From: Squalus acanthias
Taxonomy: Eukaryota
Assembly: GCA_030390025.1 (NCBI GenBank)
Contig: CM059431.1
Span: forward strand, 118,360,001 to 118,424,000
Length of the DNA: 64,000 nucleotides
Reading direction: 5' to 3'
Shown here: piece after piece, positions 37,441 through 48,629 of the stretch
Position numbering within the stretch: the stretch's first letter is position 1
Layout of the letters: each line of letters starts with the position of its first letter
Notes under the pieces: generated by a model
Database searches by the model: none
What the model was told of the DNA's origin: nothing
What the model saw: the letters and a program-made list of their open reading frames with translations, nothing else
Translations under genes and position numbers: made by a program

Positions 37441-39387
37441 AAGACGATCCTATCACAGGGAAGTTACCCTCAGAAAAATCCCATAAAATCCACAAAATAT
37501 TCTCAACTGAGTCCATTCTTCAAACAGAGACTTTGCGATCTCTTCAGGTCTCACACCACTTAACCCCTGCTCCCAGTACTCCTACACCCAACCTCCACAT
37601 CCCAGCACCACCCTTCCAGCAGTGCAATGACTCAGAATCATTATCCCACCACTTCTACTCCCAGACCTTTGAACTCCCTTTCACTATTCCCACCCTCTCC
37701 TGCTGCTGTCCCAGTGCTCCCACCCCCCAAGAAGACCTTGTCATCTTTGATCCCCTTCAGTGTGCTCCCATTACCAAGGACTCCTCTAATTGGTTTGGCA
37801 CCTTAAGACACCCATCCCACTCCTACCAGTGGCTTGTCGTGTCTTCCTATAGAACCTCCCACTCCACTACTACAACACAACTATACATCACTCCAGCATC
37901 AAATATCCCCCTCCCCTTGCAGATACCAGTACCCAGATTCCCAGAGGTCCCATATCCCAGGACAATCATCCCAACATTAAAATAACACAAACTCCCACTC
38001 TCTAGTATTACATCCCTCTGATCCTGCCAGACACCACTACCTCCCATCTGTGCTCTAACACCCAGGAACCTCCCAATACTACACAATGATAAGGTTCTCC
38101 CCAATGCCCAGTACAGCTACGTTTAATCCCTGTAACCTACTCTCTGCAGAACTGCATCCTAGAATATCTCATTATCATCCGCCTCTGTATTCTGGACTTT
38201 AAATAAAAGTACATGAAAACAATTGACTTACAAATTGTCTAAGGTGAAAAAAAATGTAGAAGCCTATGCCAGGAAAATGTCTCTGCAGCTTTCCCGTAGA
38301 ACAGCTGAAGATTGCACTAAACATCGCTGGAAATGGCTGCCTCCCAACTTGTATTGCCTGTGGACATCTGGAAGTGACGCTCATTAGGCGAGCAGAGACG
38401 CCAGGGTCTTAGTTGTGTCACTTGACCCCTGTCAGCATACATGTCTGTTTCTGATAATAGCGCCATTTACCAGGATACAGATCCATCCAAATCTCAGGTT
38501 GGCTGTTAACGCAGTGGTAAGTCAGCGCGACTAACCACTGCTTGATTTTGGTTCTCCTATCAAATGTAATCGGAGTGGTAACAACAACAAAATCACCCCC
38601 ATGATAATTATTAAGTCCACTGATTTATACTTTCCAGACAAATATGTACATAATCATGCAATTCAACCTAAAAATACCACAAGCCTACTGACAATACTGT
38701 GTAATAAAAAAAAAATGGAATTTAATCAATCACTGCAAATAGTGGCCTTGATGATATATAATAAATTACATGGGCTATAATAGCATATTTTATGACTCTC
38801 CATAATAAAAACATAATTTGATTTATTCAATTACCAGGAATCAGTAGTGCTATAATATAATGTTTACCATCATTATAAAACAGCATATCCTCCAAATCAC
38901 CATGGGAGATCCACTAGTACATACAATGGAAAAGTCCATAATGGCCCGGATATTCCGATCGGAGGCTTCCCGTGGGCGGAAGCCCCCGACCTGCAAAAAA
39001 GAACTGCACCGACCTTAATGCTCAGGGCACACGTAAACTTCCGATGTAATCCTGAGGACTCCTGGGCAACGTATGATGTCACGCCGCCCAGGAGCGCAGC
39101 GTGCGCGGAGTTTAGGGTTTTGCGTGTAGGGGAGACCCGCCCTCAAAAGTTATATTTGCATAGGCCACGCCCCTGATTTTTTTCAACTCTTCAGAAACAT
39201 TGGCAACCGAAAGTAGCTGCAAAACTCAATGGTAAGTTGTTTCTTTATAGTTTTTTCAATCTTTTGTAAACTTTTAGAAACTTTTAAAGACTTACATGGA
39301 TTTGAAAAATCTTAAATAGTTTTAAAGAGATTTGAAGCAATTTAAAGGGTTTTAAAAGCCCTGAAAACATTTTTTCCATCCATTTTA

Positions 39388-39859
39388 ATGAATCAGCAAA
39401 GTGAAATGGAAGGACTGAGCACAATTCACATCATTAAGAGAGCTCAGAATTTCAGTGACGCTGACAACAGCACACTCCTCAATGAAATTGAGGCGAAGCG
39501 CCCGCGGATATTTGGGAATGAGAAGTCCAGGGCGCCGCGCAAAGGACAGATGATAGCTTGGTCAGAAGTTGCCCAGGCTGTCAGCGCAAACTCCACCATT
39601 CCACGGACAGCGGAACAATGCCATTACTTTGACTCCCGCAGAACCGCCCTTACCTGCTCCCAGCGCAGAAACAGTGCAGGCCCATGAGACAGCAGCTCCG
39701 CCAGTCCTGATGCAAGCAAACGTTGCCTTTCAGCAGCAGCAGCAGCAGCAACCCTGTCAGGAGGCAATTGCTGAAGGGCAAGAGATGGCACACGGGGGCC
39801 TTTCAATTGGCAGCAGAGGGCTCCGGTCACGGGGAAGGGGAAAGCGCAGGAGACAGTAG
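39388..39859 (+). pseudogene. Harbinger MADF/Myb-SANT gene, internally deleted
   Basis: KRAQNFSDADNSTLLNEIE...AWSEVAQAVSANSTIPRTAEQC, then loss of the expected RKR..DL helix and a frameshift into a basic C-terminal tail (RGLRSRGRGKRRRQ*). Confidence 0.8.
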
Positions 39860-40392
39860 GTTGTCACCTTTTGCACAATCCACCTCCTTTGACCCTCAGA
39901 CACAGATGCGAGGGGGCAAATCATTCAATTCTTTAATGTTTCGTTTTATTCAAATGTTAAATGTTGTCGTTGCTTTTTTTATTGAAATATATATTTGTGA
40001 CTGAAAGTGTATGTAACCGTTTTGATTAAAAAATACAGCCTCTAGTCACTTTGAAAAAAATTTCAACTTTTTTATTTGCAAAAATATTTAAAATTACAAC
40101 TGTTTAAAAATTAGAAAATAGCTAGTTTCCATCATGAATGTCTTTATTGCACTAAGAAATCAAAAAAGTCACTTTAAACTGTTTACAAATTTTATTCAAA
40201 AAAGTTATGTTTGCGAATGTTTGAAAAGTAGAAAATAGCTAGTTAACATTTAAAAGTTAAAAACTAAGAACATCAAAACTGAAACTCAAAAGTCTTTGAT
40301 GCTGCAATAGAAGTTCACTGTTTCACTTTAAATTGTGTCTGTTCCTTTCTTTGCCTTGCTGGGGGAGGGGGAGGTACAAGGCAACACTATCA

Positions 40393-40719
40393 TCACCTTG
40401 TGAAGGTGTCGGCTGCTAGCAGTTCCCGAGCAGCCTTACTTTCGGCAGCACTTGGCTCCTCCCCATCAGGCCTGGCCACAGGCACATTGGCATTGTCCAT
40501 GTCCTCCATTTCAGCAGGGAGATCCTCTGCAGGGTTAAGGGTCAATCCTTCCCGCAGGGCAAAGTTATGCAAAGCACAACAGGCCACCACAATCCTTGCC
40601 ACTTTCAGAGGAGAATACTGCAAGGTCCCCCCTGACCTGTCCAGGCACCGGAAGCGTGATTTCAGAACCCCGATTGTCCTCTCCACCATTTGCCGTGTGG
40701 ACACGTGTGCCTGGTTGTA
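40393..40719 (-). pseudogene. HARBI1-like Harbinger DDE transposase, C-terminal fragment
   Basis: [37 protein letters not shown]...IVVACCALHN; upstream part replaced by the CR1. Confidence 0.9.
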
Positions 40720-40956
40720 TAAGAGCATAAGAACATAAGAACTAGGAGCAGGAGTAGGCCAATCGGCCCCTCAAGCCTGCTCCGCCATTCAATAAGATCA
40801 TGGCTGATCTGATCCTAATCGCCAATCTACTATCTATCACAGAACCATCTCCTGCATCTAACAGAATTGCACACACGAAATAGGAGCAGAATCAGGCTAC
40901 ACGGTCCCTGGGTCCGCTCCACTACCCACAGGGCCATGACCGATCCGAACCTAGAC

Positions 40957-43908
40957 TCATGTCCAAATTCCTGCCCGCTCCCCGTAACCCTTAATGCCCT
41001 TTACTTCTAGGAAACTGTCTATTTCTGTTTTAAATTTATTTAATGATGTAGCTTCTACAGCTTTTTGTGGCAGCATATTCCATGGACCTACCACCCTCTG
41101 AGTGAAGTAGTTCCTCCTCATCTCAGTTTTGAAAGAGCAGCCCCTTATTCTAAGACTATGTCCCCTAGTTCTAGTCTCACCCGTCATCGGGAACATCCTC
41201 CCCGCATCCACCCGATCCAACCCCTTCACAATCTTATATGTTTCAATAAGATTGCCTCTCATTCTTCTGAACTCCAATGAGTAGAGTCCCAATCTACCCA
41301 ACCTCTCCTCATATGACCACCCCCTCATCCCCGGGATTAACCGAGTGAACCTTTTTTGCACTGCCTCGAGAGCAAGGATGTCTTTCCTTAAGCAAGGACA
41401 CCAAAACTGTATGCAGTATTCCAGGTGCGGTCTCACCAATACCTTGTACAACTGAAGCAATACCTCCCTATTTTTATATTCTATCCCCCTAGCAATGAAA
41501 GCCAACATTCCATTTGCCTTCTGAATCACTTGCTGCACCTGCATACTAACCTTTTGAGTTTCGTGCACCAGGACCCCCAGATCCCTTTGCACTTCAGTAC
41601 TCTCCAGTTTCTTGCCATTAAGATAATAAATTGCTCTAGGATTTTTCCTGCCAAAGTGCATCACCTCACACTTTCCAGTGTTGTATTCCATCTGCCAAAT
41701 CTCTGCCCACTTACTTAGCCTGTCTATGTCCCCTTGCAGGTTTTTTATGTCCTCCTCACTCACTACTTTCCCTCCCATCTTTGTATCATCTGCAAATTTT
41801 GATATGTTACACTTGGTCCCTTCCTCCAAATCGTTAATATAGATTGTAAAGAGTTGGGGACCCAGCACTGACCCCTGTGGAACACCACTAGTTACTGATT
41901 GCCAGTCTGAGAATGAACCATTTATCCCAAGTCTTTGCTTTCTGTTAGATAGCCAATCCTCTATCCATGCCAGAATATTACCCCCAATCCCGTGATTTTT
42001 TACCTTAAGCAATAATCTTTTGTGTGGCACCTTGTCAAATGCCTTTTGGAAGTCTAAATACACTACGTCCACTGGTTCCCCTTTATCCACTCTATATGTT
42101 ACTTCCTCAAAGAACTCCAGCAAATTTGTCAAACATGACTTCCCCTTCATAAAACCATGCTGACTTTGTCCTATTAAATTATGATTATCCAAATGTCCTG
42201 TTACTGTTTCCTTAATAATGGACTCCAAAATTTTACCTACCACAGATGTTAGGCTAACCGGTCTATAGTTACCAGCCTTCTGTCTACTGCCCTTTTTAAA
42301 TAAGGGTGTTACATTAGCAGTTTTCCAGTCTGCCGGGACCTTAGCGGAATCCAGGGAGTTTTGAAAAATTATTACCAATGCATCTACAATCCCTACCGCC
42401 ACTTCCTTCAAGACTCTAGGATGTAAGCCAACAGGTCCAGGTGATTTATCCGCCTTGAGTCCCATTATTTTACCGAGTACCACTTCCTTAGTGATTTTGA
42501 TCGTGTTTAGCTCCTCTCCCCCTATAGCCCCCTGTTTGTCCAGTGTTGGGATATTCTTAGTGTCCTCTACTGTAAAGACTGATACAAAATATTCATTCAG
42601 TGTTTTTGCCATCTCCATATTTCCCACCATTAATTTCCCGGTCTCATCCTCTAAGGGACCAACATTTACTTTAGCCAACCTTTTTCTTTTTATATAACTA
42701 TAAAAACTCTTACTATCTGATTTTATATTTTTTGCTAATTTACTTTCATAATCTATCTTCCCTTTCTTAATCAATCTTTTTGTTATTTTTTGCTGCCTTT
42801 TAAAGTTTTCCCAATCCTCTGTCCTCCCACTAGATTTCGCTACCTTATATGCCCTTGTTTTTAGTCGAATACTATCCTTAATTTCTTTACTTAGCCATGG
42901 ATGACTGTCCTTTCTTTTACACCCTTTTCTTTTCAGTGGAATATATTTTTTTTGGAAGTTGTAAAATAACTCCTTGAATGTACACCACTGATCATGTGTC
43001 ATCTTACCCTTTAATCTATTTTCCCAATCCACTCTACTCAATTCCGCTCGCATACCTTCATAGTCTCCTTTATTCAAGCTTAGCACGCTTGTTTGAGATC
43101 CAACCTTCTCACCCTCTAATTGAATATGGAATTCAACCATGTTATGGTCACTCATTCCAAGGGGATCCTTTACTAGGACATTTTTAATTAATCCTGTCTC
43201 GTTACACAGGACCAGATCTAAGGTTGCTTGCCCCCTGGTCGGTTCAGTTACATACTGCTCAAGAAACCCATCCCTAATACACTCAATGAACTCATCCTCA
43301 AGGCAGCCCTGCCCCATTTGATTTGTCCAATTAATATGATAGTTAAAATCCCCCATAATTATAGATGTTCCCTTATTACATGCCTCAACTATTTCCTGAT
43401 TGATACTCCGTCCAATAGAGTTGCAACTGTTCGGAGGCCTATAGACTACGCCCACTAGTGTTTTTTTCCCCTTATTATTCCTTATCTCCACCCAAACTGT
43501 TTCATTATCATGATTTTTTGACCCAATATCATTACTCTGTATTACAGTGATTCCTTCCTTTATTAACATAGCCACCCCACCTCCCCTTCCTTCCTGCCTG
43601 TCCTTCCTGATCGTTAAATAACCTGGTATGTTTAATTCCCAGGCATTGTCACCCTGCAGCCATGTTTCTGTAATGGCCACAATATCATAACCATATGTAG
43701 TTATTTGTGCCATTAACTCGTCTATTTTGTTACGAATGCTACGTGCATTCAGATAGAGAACTTTCAAATATGCTTTGTGGCACTTAGTTCCTGCTTTTTC
43801 ACTTTTTACCACTTTACCTTTTACTCCACACACTCTGTCCCTTCCTGCCACGCTCTGATTTGTGATTCCCCTACTGCTACCTATGTCTATGACCCTCTCT
43901 GTTGTCAT
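40957..43908 (-). CDS. CR1 ORF2: apurinic-like endonuclease + reverse transcriptase (983 aa, uninterrupted)
   Basis: EN motifs YLNARS, AITETWL, VYRPP, MGDFN, SDHN; RT motifs NYRPVSLTS, QHGF, YLDFQKAFDKV, GVPQGSVLGP, FADD; CR1 C-terminal LEFRRMRG.LIETYKI, TRGH. Confidence 0.97.
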   Translation of the reverse strand: MTTERVIDIGSSRGITNQSVAGRDRVCGVKGKVVKSEKAGTKCHKAYLKVLYLNARSIRNKIDELMAQITTYGYDIVAITETWLQGDNAWELNIPGYLTIRKDRQEGRGGGVAMLIKEGITVIQSNDIGSKNHDNETVWVEIRNNKGKKTLVGVVYRPPNSCNSIGRSINQEIVEACNKGTSIIMGDFNYHINWTNQMGQGCLEDEFIECIRDGFLEQYVTEPTRGQATLDLVLCNETGLIKNVLVKDPLGMSDHNMVEFHIQLEGEKVGSQTSVLSLNKGDYEGMRAELSRVDWENRLKGKMTHDQWCTFKELFYNFQKKYIPLKRKGCKRKDSHPWLSKEIKDSIRLKTRAYKVAKSSGRTEDWENFKRQQKITKRLIKKGKIDYESKLAKNIKSDSKSFYSYIKRKRLAKVNVGPLEDETGKLMVGNMEMAKTLNEYFVSVFTVEDTKNIPTLDKQGAIGGEELNTIKITKEVVLGKIMGLKADKSPGPVGLHPRVLKEVAVGIVDALVIIFQNSLDSAKVPADWKTANVTPLFKKGSRQKAGNYRPVSLTSVVGKILESIIKETVTGHLDNHNLIGQSQHGFMKGKSCLTNLLEFFEEVTYRVDKGEPVDVVYLDFQKAFDKVPHKRLLLKVKNHGIGGNILAWIEDWLSNRKQRLGINGSFSDWQSVTSGVPQGSVLGPQLFTIYINDLEEGTKCNISKFADDTKMGGKVVSEEDIKNLQGDIDRLSKWAEIWQMEYNTGKCEVMHFGRKNPRAIYYLNGKKLESTEVQRDLGVLVHETQKVSMQVQQVIQKANGMLAFIARGIEYKNREVLLQLYKVLVRPHLEYCIQFWCPCLRKDILALEAVQKRFTRLIPGMRGWSYEERLGRLGLYSLEFRRMRGNLIETYKIVKGLDRVDAGRMFPMTGETRTRGHSLRIRGCSFKTEMRRNYFTQRVVGPWNMLPQKAVEATSLNKFKTEIDSFLEVKGIKGYGERAGIWT

Positions 43909-43946
43909 TTTTATTTTTTGCTCTCTTGAAACCTCCCCCCCACTAA

Positions 43947-44903
43947 TTAGTTTAAAGCCCTCTCCACAGCCCTGGTTATTCGATTCGCCAGGACACTAGT
44001 CCCAGCACTGGCCAAGTGAAGTCCGTCCCAACGGAACAGCTCTCTCCTGCCCCAGTACTGGTGCCAGTGTCCCAAGAAGCAAAACCCATTTTTCCCACAC
44101 CAGTCTTTGAGCCACGCATTCAACTCCCTGATTTTATTTACCCTAGCCAAATTTGCTCGTGGCTCAGGTAGTAATCCAGAGATTATTACCCTTGAGGTTC
44201 TGCTTTTTAATTTGGCCCCTAGCTGCTCAAACTCCCTCAGCAGAACCTCTTTCCTTGTCCTATCTATGTCATTGGTACCAACATGGACCACGACAACTGG
44301 ATCCTCCCCCTCCCACTCCAAGTTTCTCTCCAGCCCAGAGGAGATGTCCTTAACCCAGGCACCGGGCAGGCAACACAGCCTTCGGGACTCTCGCTCTTGG
44401 CTGCAAAGAACCCTATCTATCCCCCTAATGATACTATCCCCTACCACTACAACATTTCTTTTTACTCCCCCCACTTGAATGGCCCCCCTTACCACGGTGC
44501 TGTGGCCAGGTTGCTCATCCTCCCTGCAGTCCCCGCTCCTATCCACACAGGGAGTAAGTGCCTCGAACCTGTTGGACAAGAGCAAGGGCTGCGGCTCCTC
44601 CAACTCTACCTCCTGGATCCCTGTACCTGCCTCACTCGTAGTCACACCTTCCTGTCCCTGACCACGGGCTACTTCTGAATTAGTTACTCTAATTGGTGTG
44701 ACTACCTCCTGAAACACGGAGTCCAGGTAACTCTCCCCCTCCCTGATGTGTCGCAGTGTTTGAAGCTCGGACTCCAGCTCATCAACACGGAGCCGGAGTT
44801 CCTCGAGCAGCCAACACTTACTGCAAATGTGTTCACCGTGAGCATCAATGGTGTCCACCAGCTCCCACATATTGCAGCAGTAACACATCACCTGCTCTCC
44901 CAC
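43947..44903 (-). CDS. CR1 ORF1: zinc finger + coiled coil + SGNH/GDSL esterase
   Basis: CYCC..WE...HICSKC, LRLRVDELESELQTL, VVVGDSII, CLPGA, VHVGTND, DGLHL. The annotated start is GTG; the first ATG is 5 codons downstream. Confidence 0.92.
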   Translation of the reverse strand: MGEQVMCYCCNMWELVDTIDAHGEHICSKCWLLEELRLRVDELESELQTLRHIREGESYLDSVFQEVVTPIRVTNSEVARGQGQEGVTTSEAGTGIQEVELEEPQPLLLSNRFEALTPCVDRSGDCREDEQPGHSTVVRGAIQVGGVKRNVVVVGDSIIRGIDRVLCSQERESRRLCCLPGAWVKDISSGLERNLEWEGEDPVVVVHVGTNDIDRTRKEVLLREFEQLGAKLKSRTSRVIISGLLPEPRANLARVNKIRELNAWLKDWCGKNGFCFLGHWHQYWGRRELFRWDGLHLASAGTSVLANRITRAVERALN

Positions 44904-45118
44904 TCTATGTAATTAATTAAAAATTTATTATTTACCCATCAGTTAATTTATGCCAGCAGTCTCCGCTACACCACAGATACCCGAGAAACTATAAACTATG
45001 GAATTGAAGTTTTGTATAAAAAAAAGAGAAATACTCACCAACCAATCACTTACCTGCTTTCTGGTGACGTCACACTTCGATTATTTTTTACCTCTCTCCT
45101 GCTCTCGGCTTGGTGAAA

Positions 45119-45343
45119 GCCTACCTGGTCGCTGCCGCCTTTTACTGCCGCCGCCTCGCCGCTGTTGCTCCACCCAGGTCCGCCGCCTCTGTGGGCCTAC
45201 CTGGTCGCTGCCGCCTTTTACCGCCGCCGCCTCGCCGCTGTTGCTCCACCCAGGTCCGCCGCCTCTGTGGGCCTACCTGGTCGCTGCCGCCTTTTACCGC
45301 CGCCGCCTCGCCGCTGTTGCTCCACCCAGGTCCGCCGCCTCTG
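45119..45343 (-). repeat. 76-bp GC-rich tandem repeat x3 (CR1 5' monomers)
   Basis: Units start at 45121, 45197 and 45273; near identical and CpG-rich. Confidence 0.92.
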
Positions 45344-47039
45344 TTAAAAACTTACCTCAGGCTTTCTACAAAGAACTTTGCTCACTTTCACAATTAAAAA
45401 TGTTCTGTTTCCAAGCTGAAAGAGTTCTTCTTCCTGGAGCTTCTTCCGGTAGAATGCAGGCTGTACGCCTGCTTTTACTAGGCGCAGCTATTTCGGATGT
45501 ACCTGGACTGAAGCATTTGAGAAAAAATCAGAACTTTTAGCCGGTAGCGCTGCCTATCCTGCGCATGCGTTTGATCTGTCAAGCCCTTTCTTGACAGATC
45601 GGAAATGCCGGTTTCCAGCGCATGCGCTGTGCATGCCTGAAACCGGCATTTCCGATGTCCCTACAGGTGAGTACACAGCACATACCCAGCCGTAGGGATC
45701 GGAATATCCGGGCCATTTGTCAATTACCCTTTGTAAGACTAGTTTCTGACTAGATTCATTGGTCTCTGTTAAATAGCGAGCAAAGTGCTGATTATGGTTT
45801 GCAAATTGAGTGTACTTCCATCCTCTCCACGCAACTCGTCCTCAGGCAAGGCTTGCTTGTCTCAAAATTCTCATTTGGTTTGAGCAATTGCTTTTGAAAG
45901 AACACTTATACTTTTTCAAATTCCTTGCTTTTATCCCCATAGATGTCTAAACCAACACGTCTGTGAACCCCTTGATGTAGGATTCCTGGAAAATCCCCGC
46001 AATATTTCATACTTGTATCCAGTTAACCAATACAGTGGTGAATATTCAAGAAAGATGGGCACACGCTGCATATTTACACTGAAAATCTTCACATTGGGAC
46101 AAACCCAATTCTTTTTAATTAAAAAAACAGTGATGTAATTAAAAAAAAGCTTTCACCAAAGACTTGATCTGATTTTATAGTAAATGAAACAAGCACTTCA
46201 AACTTTGTTGCATGTGCCATGAGATTGACTAACTCAGCAGAGACCAGTCATTTAATGTGGGACCTTCTTGTCTGTATGCCTCAATATCACACCAGATGGT
46301 ACATTTAACAACTAAGCTATCAAGGTAACTATAAGCAACATTTATTACCTTGGCAGTCCAAATGAATGGAAGGTTTTGCTTTAACTATGAAGATATCACT
46401 TTGGTTAAGTAAACATGGATAATTTAGGTTTGACGCTAATTTTTTCATCTTTTTTTATCTCTTCACTCTTTCTTTGCACTTAATCATCTGCTGTTTCTAC
46501 AGCTGTTGCAGAAAAGATTATTTTGCACTCATCAAGTTGATGTGACTTTCTATTCATTTGATCGATTCATCTGTCAATCACAATCACTGAGCAAGAGAAA
46601 ATCTTAGTTTTAAAGAACTGTTATTCATAATGACACTTATCTTTGTTAGATGGGATGCAGTAGAAAGCTGAAGATTATAATCATGAGTTCGGTGTAGCAA
46701 CCGGCCTTTCACAAAATGTGTATTCAACAATGAGCAACTGTCAATATGGTGAACACGATTCCTGTGGCTATGTGAGCACTTGCGCTTAAGCATTTCCAAT
46801 GATGCTTCATTGAAACGACCACAATCAGCAGATATTAAAGCTTTCAAATTTGAACGACTAAGTAGGAGGCTCTGGTGGATGGGGAGGGGATATCCATGCA
46901 GCCAGCAGGTGGTTTGACACGCTGGACCCCCTGGGACACATCTCATTGTCTTGGCTGTGCTCTTTGTTGTAGCGAATAATGTGAATAGATTTTGTCTGGG
47001 TTTAAATTGTGAATTCTGGGAGATTCTCTCATTGCTAAC

Positions 47040-47077
47040 TTACCTGACGAAGGAGCGATAGCTCCGAAAGCTTGTAA
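47040..47077 (+). ncRNA. Minimal hammerhead ribozyme motif (family B) in a Penelope pLTR fragment (to ~47167)
   Basis: ttac-CTGACGA-a-ggagc(gata)gctcc-GAAA-GC-TT-gtaa, followed by AATAAA and ggactataacctggtgttgtg as in the 31806 and 36605 inserts. Confidence 0.82.
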
Positions 47078-47491
47078 AATTAAATAAATCTGTTGGACTA
47101 TAACCTGGTGTTGTGCGACTTCTCATTTTTGTCCACCCCAGTCCAACGCCGGCATCTCCACATCATGACCTCTAATAAGTAGGAAAGGCAAACCATAAGA
47201 GTTTTAAACTGAAGAAACAGCACATTATTAATAATATTAGTGTAACAATCCTGAGGGATTGTGCTATAGGAAGGTAAAGTTATGGCTTGTTCTATGCTTG
47301 GGTATATAAGGCAAAACCCAGGAGATTTTGTGGAGAGAGAGAAAGTGGGGGAGAGAACGAAGGCAAAGTGCTGTTGCAGTTGCTGGCTTGTAACATTGTT
47401 GCTGGTTATTATTAAATGCACTCTGTTCTATAGACATAACCATGGTATGTTATCAGAAGAAGTTGAAGATGCTGCTATCCAGTGTTTAAAA

Positions 47492-48425
47492 AGAAAAAGA
47501 CTTGCATTTATGTAACGCCCCTTTCACGACCACCAGACGTCCCAAAGCACTTTAAAGCCAACAAAGTACTTTTGACGTGCATTCATTGTTGTAATGTAGG
47601 AAACGCGGCAGCCAATTTGCGCACAGCAAGGATATACTTGCATTGGAGGCAGTTCAGAGAAGATTCACTAAGTTAATTCCTGAGATGAAGGGTTGTCTTA
47701 TGAAGAAAGGTTGAGCAGGTTGGGCCTATACTCATTGGAGTTTAGAAGAATGAGAGGTGATCTTATTGAAACATACAAGATTCTGAGGGGGCTTGACAGG
47801 GTAGATGCAGGGAGGAGGATTCCCCTCGTGGGGGAATCTAGAACTAGGGGGCATAGTTTCAGAATAAGGGGTCGCCCATTTAAAACAGAGATGAGGAGGA
47901 ATTTCTTCTCTCAGAGGGTCGTGAATCTTTGGAATTCTCTACCCCAGAGAGCTGTGGAGGCGGAGTCATTGAATATATTCAAGACGGAGATAGACATATA
48001 TTTGAGCTACAGGGGAATCAAGGATTATAGGGAGCTGGCGGGAAAATAGGGTTGAGGCCAAGATCAGATCAGCCATGATCTTATTGAATGGCGGGGCAGG
48101 CTCGAGGGGCTGAATGGCCTACGCCTGCTCCTATTTCTTATGTTCTTATGTTCTTATGTTCTCCTACAAACAGCAATGTGATAACGACCAGATAATCTGT
48201 TTTTGTGATGTTGGTTGAGGGATAAATATTGGCCAGGACACTGGGGATAACTCCCCTGCTCGTCTTCAAAATAGTGCCATGGGATCCTTTACGTCCACAT
48301 GAGAGAGCAGACGGGGCCTCGGTTTAACGTCTCAACCAAAAGACAGCACCTTCGACAGTGCAGCACTCCCTCAGTACTGCACTGGAGTGTCAGCCTAGAT
48401 TTTTGTGCTCAAGTCTCTGGAGTGG
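47492..48425 (-). mobile_element. DeuSINE split by a CR1 3' fragment
   Basis: SINE halves at 47492-47629 and 48161-48425. Confidence 0.8.
47630..48160 (+). mobile_element. CR1 3' fragment
   Basis: SYEERLSRLGLYSLEFRRMRGDLIETYKI...; (TTCTTATG)n tail. Confidence 0.9.
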
Positions 48426-48629
48426 AATGAGTGGAGTCTTCCAAGTTCATGTGAATCTTCACACGTGGCTGTTAAGCGGGACATTTTTAATGTAAAGTGA
48501 CAAATATATCGATCACATATGCTGTGATGTCACCTCCAACTACTCCAGAATATGCTTTCCTATTTATTCTATGATTTAATTGGACTATAAATTTTAATCT
48601 GAAACAAGAGTTTCTCATTTAATTGTATT

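Larger units (their letters stand above)
29851..39465 (+). repeat. Tandem segmental duplication, copy B (~9.6 kb with insertions)
   Basis: Colinear with 22715-29852; extra insertions at 30915, 31806, 32768, 36605 and ~36865. Confidence 0.95.
40720..45343 (-). mobile_element. Full-length CR1 (HER1-like) LINE
   Basis: 5' GC-rich 76-bp monomers, ORF1, ORF2, 3' UTR and (TTCTTATG)n tail at 40720-40742. Confidence 0.95.
38943..45714 (+). mobile_element. PIF/Harbinger transposon H2 (defective), interrupted by a full-length CR1
   Basis: Perfect 18-bp TIR GGCCCGGATATTCCGATC / GATCGGAATATCCGGGCC; flanks AAT/ATT; MADF remnant on plus and convergent transposase C-terminus on minus. Confidence 0.9.

Noticed and set aside
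44998..45540. 180-aa plus-strand ORF
   Set aside because: Antisense read-through of the GC-rich 76-bp CR1 monomers.
46584..46946. 120-aa minus-strand ORF in unique sequence
   Set aside because: No recognisable homology; composition looks random.
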